The notes under the pieces: generated by a model | The model's database searches: none | Told to the model about the DNA's origin: nothing | The model's input: only the letters and a program-made list of their open reading frames with translations | From: Chiloscyllium plagiosum | Lineage: Eukaryota | DNA: 52,936 nucleotides | Direction of reading: 5' to 3' | Assembly (NCBI RefSeq): GCF_004010195.1 | Contig: NC_057759.1 | Span: 5,921,019-5,973,954, forward strand | Made by a program: the position numbers and the translations under genes | Shown here: piece after piece, positions 24,090 through 37,130 of the stretch | Position numbering within the stretch: position 1 is the stretch's first letter | Layout of the letters: the number at the start of each line of letters is the position of its first letter

Positions 24090-24214
24090 ACAAACCAATC
24101 ACAGAGACTGAGTGTTTGGGAATGACTCTGTGTAAACTACGCAATCAGGAACCAGGCTTTCCCCCATCCCTCATTAGCATTGATGACATCGTCAGTCTAT
24201 AAAAAGGGAGCTCC
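24090..24214 (+). promoter_or_regulatory. H2B promoter (CCAAT, octamer-like ATTAGCAT, TATA), separated from the gene by an insertion
   Basis: CCAAT ~24095-24099, ctcATTAGCAT 24173-24180, TATAAAAA 24198-24205; an octamer just 5' of the TATA box is the established H2B signature. Confidence 0.8.
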
Positions 24215-25138
24215 CTCCCCTCCCTTTCACTGTTTTGATCACACAGCACTGCCCTTTGATGTGAAGGGCAGTGCTTGTCACTGGCCACCCGGGTGTTTTC
24301 CTATCTTCCTGGTGGTGGAAATTAAATAAAGATTCGTGCACTTTGTGTCTTCCACTGTGTCTCACACCTGCACACACACACCTTGGGTGCTGGGGATAAA
24401 ATAAGCACTACCGCAGTTAGGTGGTAGTGTGGGGGTTAAAAAAAAGAAAAAAAGAAAGGAAAAAAAAACAAACAAAAAAAATTAACAGGAGATTAAAATA
24501 AACACTACCGCACTTAGGTGGTAGTGTGGGGGGAAAAAAGAAAAAAAGGGGACTAAGGTAGTTGTCAGGGAATAAGGAAAAAAAAATATTAACAGGAGAT
24601 TAAAATAAACACTATCGCACTTAGGTGGTAGTGTGGGGGTTTAAAAAAAAGAAAAAAAAATAAACAGGAGTGGAGTGCATCATTTCTCCCTTCAACTCTA
24701 TTTTGAAAAAAAAATAAAAAGGGAGCTCCCTCCCCTCCCTTTCACTGTTTTAGATTAAAATAAACACTATCGCACTTAGGTGGTAGTGTGGGGGTTTAAA
24801 AAAAAGAAAAAAAATAAACAGGAGTGGAGTGCATCATTTCTCCCTTCAACTCTATTTTGAAAAAAAAAATAAAAAGGGAGCTCCCTCCCCTCCCTTTCAC
24901 TGTTTTGATCACACAGCACTGCCCTTTGATGTGAAGGGCAGTGCTTGCACTGGCCACCCGGGTGTTTTCCTATCTTCCTGGTGGTGGAATTTGAATAAAG
25001 ATTCGTGCACTTTATGTCTTTCACTGTGTCTCACACCTACACACACACCATGGGTGCTAGGGGAAAAAATAAGCACTACCGCACTTAGGTGGTAGTGTGG
25101 GCGTTAAATTAAAAAAAACAGAATTGAAAGAAAAAAAA
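24215..25138 (+). mobile_element. Tandem stack of 5'-truncated, polyadenylated Tx1-like non-LTR retrotransposon 3' ends
   Basis: Repeated tail cactaccgcacttaggtggtagtgtggggg plus A-tract; GVECIISPFNSIL (24667-24705, 24821-24859) resembles a Tx1 ORF2 C-terminus; flanked by taaaaagggagctcc (24200-24214) and ttaaaagggaactcc (25140-25154). Confidence 0.75.
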
Positions 25139-25197
25139 ATTAAAAGGGAACTCCGAGCCCGCTTTCCCTTATTCTGTGTCTGGAAGTGAGCGGCGCT

Positions 25198-25571
<374 letters not shown>

Positions 25572-25610
25572 AGGACTGCATTGCACTGAAACACACATCC
25601 ACAACCCAAA

Positions 25611-25651
25611 GGCTCTTTTAAGAGCCACCCACAACCTCCTTGAGACAGCTG
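25611..25651 (+). terminator. Histone 3' stem-loop and downstream element of H2B
   Basis: ccaaa-GGCTCTTTTAAGAGCC-accca at 25611-25626; gagacagctg about 15 nt downstream. Confidence 0.95.
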
Positions 25652-26599
25652 AACCATTTTAAGAATTTTGTTTTAGTTTGCCTGTTGATAAGGTATTTTA
25701 GCTTTTCGTACTTCATTCGCTTTTATAATTGGTTTGCAATTTTGAGAGATAACGGAATGAAGGGGTGAGGTAAGAATACATCACAAACTGCCCCTTTCTA
25801 TGTCAGTGGAGAGACAGCAGATTAAGCACCGGTAAGTCATTTTAAAGATTGATTTGTTCTGGTCTGCATGTGATTGTTGGCCAGGTATTTTTAGTCACAT
25901 ACTATATTTAATTTTATAAATGCGTTGCAAATTGACGAGGCGAGGGGAGCGACTACATGACCAAGCCCTTCCCTGTCTGTCGAGAGAGAGAGAGAGAGCA
26001 GATGAAAAAAATGAGTCTTTTCATCGTACTCGTTCAAGTTGTTAAAAGTCTTGGTGGAATGTGAAAGCGTATTTTCATCCTGGCAAACCAAATGGAAATG
26101 CCCACAGCCTTCAGTCCCACGGATTGATGTGTTTTAGTCTTTTTTTACATTGACAATGCGCAGTTTTTAATCCGACTCTTCAGAATGCACTTTGACAGCC
26201 TCTCACCAATAGCAGAAAGTGAACCGAGAGAAAACCAAAACAGCTGCCGGGCTGAAATGTGATTTTTGCTGAATCTGATCGAGACCGATAAGGGAGACCA
26301 ACTTTAAAATATCGCCTAAACACTGTGTTCGCCATTGATACTGAGCCGGAAGAATGTTGTGTGCTGCGTTATCAAACTGCAGTGTTTGGCCAGTTTTGTT
26401 TCAGCCTCTTCTCAAGGTTTAGAAAATAACCCACACTCAAGATCAGAAATGGACAGATACGGGGGGGGGGGGAATGAGGGAAAGTAAGACCGTGTGAAGT
26501 ATACATTTGTACACTAAAAGTAAATTAACATGAGTATTAATTTATTTTAAACTTATTCAGTTTTTTTGTACTTTTTTCAGTGTAAAACATACTCCTTTG

Positions 26600-26810
26600 T
26601 TTGGAAATTGGCGGGCTTTTCAAATTGGAAAGAAGGCGGTTGATGATTTGGCGCCGGTGTTTTCCGCCCTCCTCCCCGTGTCCTCTCCGGATTGGGGAAT
26701 GAGGCAGATATCTGATTGGGAATTGAAACAACAGTAGGAGGGGCTGGACAATGGGACCAATCAGAAACGGCCGCCCCACCATTCCTCCCGAAGGTATAAG
26801 AGGCCGCAAT
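26600..26810 (+). promoter_or_regulatory. H2A promoter
   Basis: E2F-like ttggcggg and tttggcgcc, ATTGG at 26691 and 26715, CCAAT at 26757, TATAAG at 26795-26800. Confidence 0.75.
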
Positions 26811-26850
26811 GTGGGCGGAGTGGAGAATTTTCTCTGAAATTGCTTCTTAG

Positions 26851-27249
<399 letters not shown>

Positions 27250-27279
27250 AGAGACCATTCTTGAATCTGACAACCCAAA

Positions 27280-27320
27280 GGCTCTTTTAAGAGCCACTCA
27301 CAGCATCTGTGAAAGGAGCT
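27280..27320 (+). terminator. Histone 3' stem-loop and U7-pairing downstream element of H2A
   Basis: GGCTCTTTTAAGAGCC at 27280-27295, GAAAGGAGCT at 27311-27320. Confidence 0.95.
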
Positions 27321-29038
27321 AAACTCTGTCGGATTGATTATTTTTCCTTTAATGTGGAGAGCCCTCGCCTTTGTACCGGACATCAATGAATTCCACACTC
27401 CATTTAATTGGATACTGTTGCTGTCCGTTATCAGAGGACGAATTTATCATCAAATGTCATTTTGAGTGTCCTGAAATTATAGGATTTTCTTATTGAATGG
27501 TCACTGCCTGAGTGATCTCTGTCTTCAGTTATAGACTGGCGACATGAACGTCTGCGATCTGGTTTGACCTCACATTAGATTCACATTTCCTTTAAGTGCA
27601 GTAGGAAGAGCTGGGTTGACCCAGTGCAGTAACGGGTCAGTCGCTGCAGAATACAGTAAGGACCCTCTGCGCTTTATTCTCTGCTCGGTTCATATTCAGT
27701 CTTTTATCCCCTGTCTCTGGAGAGGGAGAGAGCAGATTGAACAGCAGTGAGACATTTTCAGCTTTAAGGGCGGGAATGGGATGAAGTGAAATTGTCTGAA
27801 CTTTAATTTCGTAATCGAAAAAGCAATCCAGGTGTACGTGCTCATTTATTCTCCTCTGTAAAACTTGCTGCCCTTTTATATGTGATGGCGGGCATTTTCA
27901 ACTTTGAAAATAAGCTGTTAGTCTCTTGACGCCATTTATTCCTTTTCCCTCCTGCCTCCACCTCACCACAAGCCATGTTAACGCAAAGGGAGTCAATGAG
28001 GAGGTAGGGTTTTTCCAGAAATATCTAACCCAATACCAAAATTTGATAGATAAAATAAATTCTGCAATTTGTGATTACAGGGACCACACTTTATCAGTAC
28101 ATTTTTATTTCATCCAGGTTATTACTTGCCCGAAGACAATTTGTAACCGCTGTCTGAACGGGCAGATGGAAAGAACGCGCCATTAAAACATCCGTCGGCT
28201 CCCAGAAACAGAACTGAGCCGAGAATGATGCCTCGGAAATAGGAATACTGCAATACGTAACATTAATGTCTGGATTCTACAATAAATAAAACTATTCATG
28301 GCATGGACAACAAAGTATGCATTGATATTACTAGATAGACAGTTACTCACGAGAAAGAGGATCGAAGGTTACGGGGAGCAGGCACAAGAATAAGTTTGAG
28401 AAACATTGACAGGACCGAATGGCCAAATGTTGTTTCTGCATTTTAAAAGTCATGATGCAATTCTTTACATGGAATAACTAGATTACAGTAGTCTTGAATT
28501 GCCGAATAGCTTATTATCTACACTGTAGGAATACTTGCAATTATGAAATCATTGGCTACCGTAAACAGCAATAAAGCGGATCCACGGTGAATGCTCTCGG
28601 AAATATGAATACTGCAAATTGAAACATTGCAGTAACCAGCTGCCTCTAACAAACGGAAGGTATGTAGCCCATTGACGTTTACACACCAGTGTTGAAGATA
28701 GATAAGCTGAATCCTCATCCAAAATAGACATTCAGGAACAACATTAAAATCTGCGGTTATTAAGAGCATTTTCAAAATTACAATGAAGATAGACAAATAG
28801 GCCACATTGTCGCATTGTTTCAACAACCGTCCGTGAAGGAGGGGTTAAGTACAGAGATGGAGGGAAACTGCTCACTGACAGGGCAAGAGTTACCGAAGAG
28901 TCGGCGAGTCATAGAGACGTGTAGCGTGGAAACAGACCCTTCGGTCCAACTTGTCCATGCTGACCAGATATTCTAACCTAATCTAGTCCCATTTGCCAGC
29001 ACTTAGCCCATCTCTCTCTAAACCCTTCCTGTTCATAT

Positions 29039-30387
29039 TGTTAAAGTACAGATTTGAGGAATCCCCTGTGGACTCAGATCTGTATGCCTCTTGGTTTGTC
29101 CTGGAGATAAAAACTTCTTACAAACAGTTTTGTTTAATTTTAGCCTTCCCCTTTATTTACCAATAGTTTCACTGTTACAACATAACATTGACACCAAAAA
29201 GCCAGGCACGCAGAGGTTCTAAAACCCTAGAAAAGTAGGATACCAGCTCTTCCTTGAAGAGCCCTCACAGACCATTCCACTCTTCTGTCTCAAACAGGCT
29301 TCCTTTTTACAAAAAACACTGCACGTTCTTAATTAGACAGACAGTGGAAAGGCAACAATTCCTAAGGAAGAGAAGTTAATTAACAGGTCTGTGTGTGCTT
29401 AACTGATCACTCCTGTCGGCCCTTAGCCATCCATCAGGTGGGAAAAACACATCCAGCCCAGTCAGTGCCTGTTGGTGAGGTAGGTCCCTGTCATAAAGAG
29501 GTATCAGTCTAAAATAAGTGTAAGAGGTCATAAGGTAACCTTGCACAGCTTGCATGTCAGATATCATTGTTTTACAAAATGGCATCCTAGTGAGGAGGGC
29601 AAACATTGACCATAAAATGGCTTCCTGATAGATTGTGTCAGAATCTCTTCAATGTTAGGTTTAGAATAACTTTTAAGCTAGGAGCAGACTCCTGTTTTTT
29701 TTTCATCTTAAATACAACATCATTCTGTATCTGAGGCTGAAACATTAAATTTTAAACAATTTATTAGTCTCAAATTAAAATTGCTTTCTTTTCAGGGTTG
29801 TGATTCAAATTTAAAGACGACAGAAGATCTGCCGAGTTAGAATTGACAGTGGGGCATTCGTGGTGTGTAGGAACACCAAGTAAGTTAAAGCTTCATCAAT
29901 ATTACATTTTAGAGTTTGCATTTCATAATCAGCGATGGCTACTCAAAATCATCATAAAGACCCAAAATGCAAATACATTCAAAACATTCTTGTCTCTTTC
30001 TCACGTGCACACACTGGTAATAAGAATCCATTATAATTGATAGGACCTGACCGTTTATTACAAGGCTTTTGACATGCTTCTGAGATGATACAAAGTTTCC
30101 GAGATCACAATCAAACACTGTCATTAAATTAATACGTTAACAACTGTGAATGTTATCACTGTCTTTTTTACACAGATTCATTGATGTTAAGGCAAATGTT
30201 CTTAATTGCTTTAGAGCATCCTGTTATCACTTGGTGAGAACAAATGCTTTTTTTATCTTCTGCACATCCTAGGTTCCCCCTTTTGTAGCCTGATGCCTCT
30301 CTGCCTGCCCTGTATATTTTCTTGTGTTCTATAATTCAACATTACATTTAGTCTAAGTATTTAAGGACAAATTTTAAGGCTTTCTCA
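29039..30387 (-). mobile_element. 1349-bp TG...CA insertion (probable long solo LTR) within a CR1 3' end (28905-30545)
   Basis: CR1 sequence ttcatat|actcattcagatgcc rejoins across it; 4-bp imperfect TSD atat/ttat; minus-strand AATAAA near 29152. Confidence 0.6.
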
Positions 30388-30669
30388 TTATACTCATTCA
30401 GATGCCTTTTAAATGTTATAATTGTACCAGGCCCCACCACTTCTCTATGCGACTTATGATTTTATAAACTTCTATAAGGTCATTCACCAGGGAAAACAGT
30501 TCCAGCTTGTTCAGCCTCTGCCTACAGCTCAAATTCTCCAACTGGGATGAAGCATATTTACATGAAGTTTGTGTGTGACTGAGAAGGACAGAATTAATCC
30601 TTGACTGAATAGTTGTCACCTACTGAGATAACAATGAAATAATGTGAATTTCAAACAGACAATCTATAC

Positions 30670-33164
30670 AGGTAGCTCATGTGCTATACTCGCAACACGT
30701 CCTTTCTATAACCCACTAACAATACAACTTGATAAACTTCTGCCCATTTCTCATCTGCCTGAATGTGATGTTCTCCATTTCCTCATTAAAACATCATTTT
30801 TAAGATAATAACAATTAGGGACTCATTTGGATTCGTTTTGTGTATGCCTTTTGATACACTTGCTTTAAATTTTCATCTGTAACTCAGTTAATTTACCTGA
30901 GCTAAAGATGTCTGCTTTGTCATCTGTTCCTGGTTTGTCTCAACTATCTGATCAAACAGGGTCTCTTCAACTTTTCCCTTCAACTTTCTTATCTGTACTC
31001 TTTGAACTTTCCTGTTTCAAGTGGTGACTTTGTGACCTCGTTACCACACAGTCAGAAACATCCCAGGATATGTGTCCTGCAATGGTTCAGTTGCCTGAAT
31101 TTCCATTGGCTTTTCAACCACAATCGGCACTCCCACCAGTGAATCAGCAACATCATTAGCAAGGACAAATTGTATTCCCAGAGCTGAAAGTTTGTCCAGT
31201 CCTCCTACTATGACTTCTCCCCACTTCACTCGACACTAACCTCACTTCTTACAATTGAGCATTTATTATGTCAATATGAATTCCAGTTACTCATACCTTT
31301 TCTGGCAATAGCTCTTCAGAGGTACATATATCCTCATCTTTTAGCATCACAGATTGAGAGGATTATTGTATCTCTGAATATTGCTACCTCTTTATCTGCT
31401 GCTCCTGGCCTATGCGAGTAAACTTCAACTTCACAGTGTATGGTTTAAGAAGATCTGGCACTTCCTCCATAAACAACCTCCAACCAGCTTGTACACATTG
31501 CTCTCTGTTACCACTCCAAAATTCACTGGCTTGTCCTGTTTTCCTACATCTGGCTTCTCAGTGTTTTTCTTCACCCACTAATACTGATTCCATGTGGCCT
31601 ACTTTATTGAAAACATCAGAGCTTTTTCACTTCTCTTTCCCCTTCAAGGGTTTCCTTTTTACCCTGTGGTAAATTATCCTTATGATCTTCACAGAGATCT
31701 ACTTTTTCCTTTCCATGTGAGAATTTCTCTTACCCACAATTATTATCCCTCGTGGATTGAAATTGATTTTGGCAGCCCTATTTTGATTTATTGACCAACT
31801 CAATCATCAGCCATTTCTGATGTCAGTCTTGCTGTTTTAACTCTCTGCTCTTACACGAGTTCTCATTACTTCAGGAAGTGAATTTTTGAACTCCTGTCTA
31901 AGTGCCAACTTCTAAAGTCCAAACTCCCTCCTTTCTTCCTTACCCCTCTCTCCTTTTCTCTTCTCCCTCTCTTCTGCTTTTAATTGTAATTCAAACTGTT
32001 TTGTTTCTGTTGCCCTTTCCTTGACTTTTGCCTCTACTCAAGTTGTTTCACTTTCAATTGAATGTTAGCCATCTCTAAAGTTTCTGATGGCGTTTCCAGC
32101 AAGTTTAAATGTTGAGTTATTAATGTAATTATCGCCTTTTTCCACGTGGAAGGAGGCAAGTCAAGCTCCAGCTTGTCTGCTAATTCCAGAAGCTTGGCCT
32201 TAATCACTTTATGCAAAAATCTGAAGTCACTTCTTCCATCCCCAGAAAACTCTTGATGACTCAGAGACTTTGCTATTCCTAGTACTGTTTCCTGATGAAG
32301 GGCTGATGCCCAAAACATTGATTCTCTTACTCCTCAGATGCTGCCTGACCTGCTGTGCTTTTCCAGCACCACACTTTTGTCTCTGATCTCCAGCATCTGC
32401 CATCCTCACTTTCTCCAAGCGCTGTTTAAACCAATTGAATTCAACACTCAGAAGAAAAGACACTAATACTTACCACTCGCTGCCTTTGAGTCCAACAACC
32501 CAAATCAGAGCTACAGTATAAGTTCTGCAAACAACCCCCAATCTGTTATGGAAAAGGCCTCCAAACATTTCAATAAAGTAACCCCGACCCTAACTTTACT
32601 AGTTGTTTTAAGCGGGTGTAACGAAAATATTCCAGGAGAAATGCAGCTGGTCAAACCATGTAGTTTTAAACCAAACAGTTTGACTTACAAATTTACTGAA
32701 TGATACACAAACAAAAGAGAACAGAATACTACATAACTTAAAAATCTGAAAACCCAACAGATTATACCAACTTAATGATGGTGTTCCCAACATTTACAAC
32801 AATCCCCATAAATACCCCTTGGCACAAAAGGTAAAATCAAACACAGGGTCTTACAGGAAAGATGTCAGACAGAGAGTACAATCATGGACCTGCTTCTTTG
32901 GGTTCAGCAGCTTTTTCAACTCCCTGACTGCTTTCAGTCAATAGCCAGGCAGCCAAAAACCACATTTGAAACCAGAGAAAAGCTGAGCTGGGAAAACTGA
33001 GACACATCCCTTTCGTTGTACAAGTGTTCTTTTTAAAAATGTGGAAGCCTTTTGCCTGAGGCATTACCCATTAGCTATAATTAAAATGCCCCTAAAACCC
33101 ATCAACTCAGACTTTTCGGAGCCTGTGTCTTTTACAAGCTTGTTAAAGGAGCAGCAGCATCACA
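30670..33164 (-). mobile_element. Degenerate Gypsy (Gmr1-like) LTR retrotransposon: 5' LTR 32544-33164, gag, protease, start of integrase
   Basis: TG..CA LTR followed by a TGGGGG primer-site-like motif; gag KAKLLELADKLEL; protease IFRDT.SSQSVML and GEVIVG...QFVLANDVA; NDVLMRKWR...YQVVL..GYRKDVLRV.HELP. Confidence 0.8.
32290..32416 (+). mobile_element. Penelope-like 3' end (family A) with CpG-decayed hammerhead
   Basis: CTGATGA-agggctgatgccc-AAAAC-ATT at 32292-32319, then the same tail as 2330-2421. Confidence 0.7.
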
Positions 33165-33963
33165 GCAGACTGGTCAAAGAAGTAAAAGTCCATGGGATAC
33201 AGGGTAATGTGTTGAATTGGTCCCAAATTTGGCCAGTCACAGGAAAGATAGGATAATGGTCAATGGTGGCCATTGTGAATGGAAAGTTGTTTCAAGTGGT
33301 GCTCTGCATGGCTCAGTGTTGGGATCTGAGCTGTTTATTTTATACATTAATGAGTTGCAGTGGAATATGGTGGGAAAATTTGTGAAATTTGCAGACGACA
33401 CAAAAATTGGCCGTGTAGTGGATAGTGTGGTGGAGAGCTGTAAGCTCCAAAGCTATATAGATGGTTTAGTGGAGTGGGCAGGAAAGTGGCAGATGGAGTT
33501 CAGCTCTGATAAGTATGAGGGAGCGCATTTTGGGAAGTCAGACAATAAATGGGAATTATACTGAGAGGGGCAAGTGAAGTGAGAGATCTTAGTGTGAATG
33601 GGAAGTCAGACAATAAATGGGAATATATTGAGAGGGGCAAGTGAAGTGAGAGATCTTAGTGTGAAAGTGCACAGGTCCCGAAAGATAGATGGGGTTGTAA
33701 AGAAGGCACATGGAATGTTCTTCCTCATTGGCAGAGGGGTGAATGAAAAAATAGGGAAATAACAATGAAACTATATGAGGCACTGGTCGCTACAACAGGA
33801 GTATTGAGTGCAGTTGGGTCACCACATTACAGGAAGGATGTCATTGCTGTGGAGAGACTGCAGAGGAGATTTACTAGAATGTTGCCAGAATTGTCACGAT
33901 CAGGAGAGATGGGAGAAGTTAGGGTTCTATTCCTTGGAACAGAGGTGCCATGATTAAGGAATA

Positions 33964-34168
33964 CAGGGCGACCATGTATTCGCGAGTCCGGTTATCGCAT
34001 TTTACCATGGTCCAAGTACATAAAAGGGAATGTTCCTGAACCAGGAGATTGCCAAGAAGGTATATTTCCCATTTAAATTAATGGTTTTGTACCTATCTGC
34101 AGTTTTGCGTTTCCTCTGTTGGTCCTGGAACATATCCCCACGGGTACGGGGGAGAGGGGGGTCTACAG
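33964..34168. mobile_element. Possible Tc1/pogo-type MITE
   Basis: TA-flanked ~200-bp non-CR1 segment with weak terminal inverted similarity (tacag..gacc / ggtctacagta). Confidence 0.3.
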
Positions 34169-34186
34169 TACTAAATAGTGAGCTAC

Positions 34187-34270
34187 CTGATGAAGGAGTA
34201 GCACTCTGAAAATCTGCACTTCCAAATAAACCTGTTGAATTATAATCTGATGTTGTGTGATTTTTAACTA
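34187..34270 (+). mobile_element. Penelope-like 3' end (family B) with decayed hammerhead
   Basis: CTGATGA-aggagtagcactct-GAAAA then cttccaaataaacctgttg...tgttgtgtgatttttaact. Confidence 0.65.
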
Positions 34271-36489
34271 ACTAGTGAGAGGGAGACATTAGGCAGGAGG
34301 AACCTGTTTACTTTGGCAGAGGATTCAAAAACTAGGGATCACTGATTCAAGCTCAGTGGTTGTAGGATTAGATGATATTAGGGAAAAATGTTATTTTTAC
34401 GTGGAGAGTGGTGGGTATCTGGAATTTGCTGCCTGATTTGGTGCTGCAGGCAGAGACCTTACATTTTTTTTTAAAACAAACATTCCCTGGAACTGCACCT
34501 CAGGTGTTGTAAACTGCAAGGTTACAGGCTGTGCCAGGATGGTGGGATGAGAAAGGGCACCTGGGTGTGTTGGCGTTGGCATGGACAAGATGGACTGAAC
34601 TTTACATTGGCAACATCAATCACAACTGATGTTGATTTACAGGAGGTATCTCTTCTGTCTTCCTCAAGGCAAGTACTCAAAGGACCAAGACAATGTAATA
34701 TTCCCTCAGTACAGAGCCAAGTGTGACCAGCTGCTTCAAACAAACAGCGGTGTATGGCGTGCCTGCCTTATTGGTTGACTTTGCTTGGGCCATACTGCTC
34801 CTCCCCCTCTCTGGGACGTATCACAAAAAAAAACGTGAAATCTGGCTGCAATTTTCATAATCAGTGGAATCTTATAACCACCTTTCAAAGCAGTGGAGAA
34901 AAGGGACAAAAAAAGCCAAAATTGGTAGGTTTGTAGAATTGCACATTTTATCTTCAAGCAGAGTTGAACACTGCTTTTATTCAATAAATTGAATTTGGCA
35001 GTTTACATATTCCGCACTGCATGACAATAAATAAAAGTCCTTTTCCTTTCCTCCTCCTTACCTCAAGAGCAAAGGTACTGCTAATGATGCATGCTCACAT
35101 TACAAAGCAGTGGAATGTTCTGTCTACATCAGAAAATAGAAGTGAATTAGCCAATTATCTTTTCTGTACAAGGAACATTGTGGTCAGTCAGCTACAATGC
35201 AGCTGAATTGTTCACCACCATTTCATTTAGTTGCAAATGAATTCAGTTTACACTGATTGTTACTTCAGCAGTGTTCAGAAAAGTACATCACTATGCACTG
35301 AAACAAAATTGATAGCATTCTGAAGACCAACATTTTATATCATTACTCTGTTAGATTCCGCACTATCCAAGATACAAAAGGTCCATGGTGTTTCCTACCT
35401 TGACTGTGAAGAGCAGCACTGAATCCTTTCTGTTGCAGTGTGTTATGTTTTCACTTACACATGATTCCTACAGGCACTAACAATTAAAGAACTTCAGCTG
35501 TTTTCCATTCACTACAAGGAGACATGTGCTGTCAGTCTGTAACTCAGTTCAAGAGTAAACTCACTCTCACTCAGCCACTGGATGCTAAAAGGAAAATAAT
35601 AACATTTGGCCTCAATTATTTCCAGATATGAATTGACTCTCAACATCACTTATCACAGCTGAGGATATGCAGCACCTGATAAAGTCTACCACACGTGCAC
35701 ATACACGCAATGTAAAAATAAATTGAGACTGAAATGCAATAAAATTAAGCATCATTGAAAAGAGTTTATTTACAGAGTTTATGCTACACTCAGACAAAAA
35801 AAAAGAACACAACTGAACATAGGTGAATGAGACCCAGTAAATCTCTGATTAACCCTCTCCACAGCTTGAGGATCCTTCCTGAAATAAAGTGCCCAGAACT
35901 GAACACAAATGTGATCTGACCAATGATGTGTGATTGAGATTGTGGGAAACATATCAAAGCTCGCACTATAGTTATTAAAAGTCAGATGTCAAATTGTCCT
36001 TTCCATGTAGACACTGTCAATGAGTGGATGAAGTTCACATTCCCAACAATTACTGCAGAACTGATGCATAAGAGAATGTCCCAGAAGAGACAAAATGAGC
36101 TGAATGTTCTGCTTCTGAGCTGTGCCATATCAGCAATTCTAATTTTGGTGAGAAAGGAGATGACATGCTGTTGTGTTGCATATTGGTATAAAAATATCAT
36201 ACAAAAATGGACTGGCATGCAGAACAAAACTCACTTTCCCAAACAAAAACACCAACAATGTCTGGGTACAAATTAAAACTAAATGTCTCAGTGATACCAC
36301 AGATCCCAGACTCTCTCCCCAAACAAGAAATGTGTGACCATAATTCAGAATGGTTCTCAGAATAAAGCAGTTTCCCTTCTGCCATCACCTTATCTCCTTT
36401 CTCCCCCACTCACCCCCACAGACTGACAGTCAACTTAGAAATCACAACATGCGGAAAAGATTAAGATCCAGTCTCAACACCCTAATAAT

Positions 36490-37130
36490 AACTATCACAG
36501 ACACAGAATATTGATAGCGTCCACTTTAATACACAAGAGTAGACACTGACAAGTACAGGCTTATAATTACACACTCATTCATGTTGCAGAAACAAACAAA
36601 CAATGACGACACTGTTACTGCGATGCAAATGTGTGACTAAGTCTCCATCGGTCAGTTTCAGTTAACTTTTGTCTCACAATCGCATTGCAGTAACTGTCGG
36701 GGACAAATTAATAACCACACTCTCATTCACAAAGCTAAAACTGACAGGAACAGAATGATAACTACACTCCCAGTTTCACACAGCATAAACTGACAAGTAC
36801 AGTCTGATAATGACAGTCTCGTATTCAGAGCAGATTCTCACAGGTACATATTGATACCTGCACTGTTCACATTCACAAAACAGGATCTGACAAGTAGAAG
36901 TCGATAAGTAAATTCACATATTGACAATGCAGAGATTAAGGAGCATAGATTGGTAACTGCATTTACATCCTGAAAAAGGAGAAACTGACAAGTACAGATT
37001 AATATTGACAGTCCCAATTCGCAGACCAGGAACAGACTGGTAAATAACTCACACATTCACATAGGGAAAACGGACAAGTAGAATTGATACTTACGTGCAC
37101 ATAGAAGAAGCTGACAAGTACACATTGGTT
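36490..37130 (+). repeat. ~49-bp minisatellite, block 4
   Basis: Units such as aaactgacaggaacagaatgataactacactc. Confidence 0.8.

Larger units (their letters stand above)
33165..34600 (+). mobile_element. CR1 RT to 3' UTR, with a ~68-bp tandem duplication (33531-33667) and nested inserts
   Basis: SGALHGSVLGSELFILYIN, KFADDTKIG, WQMEF. Confidence 0.85.
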
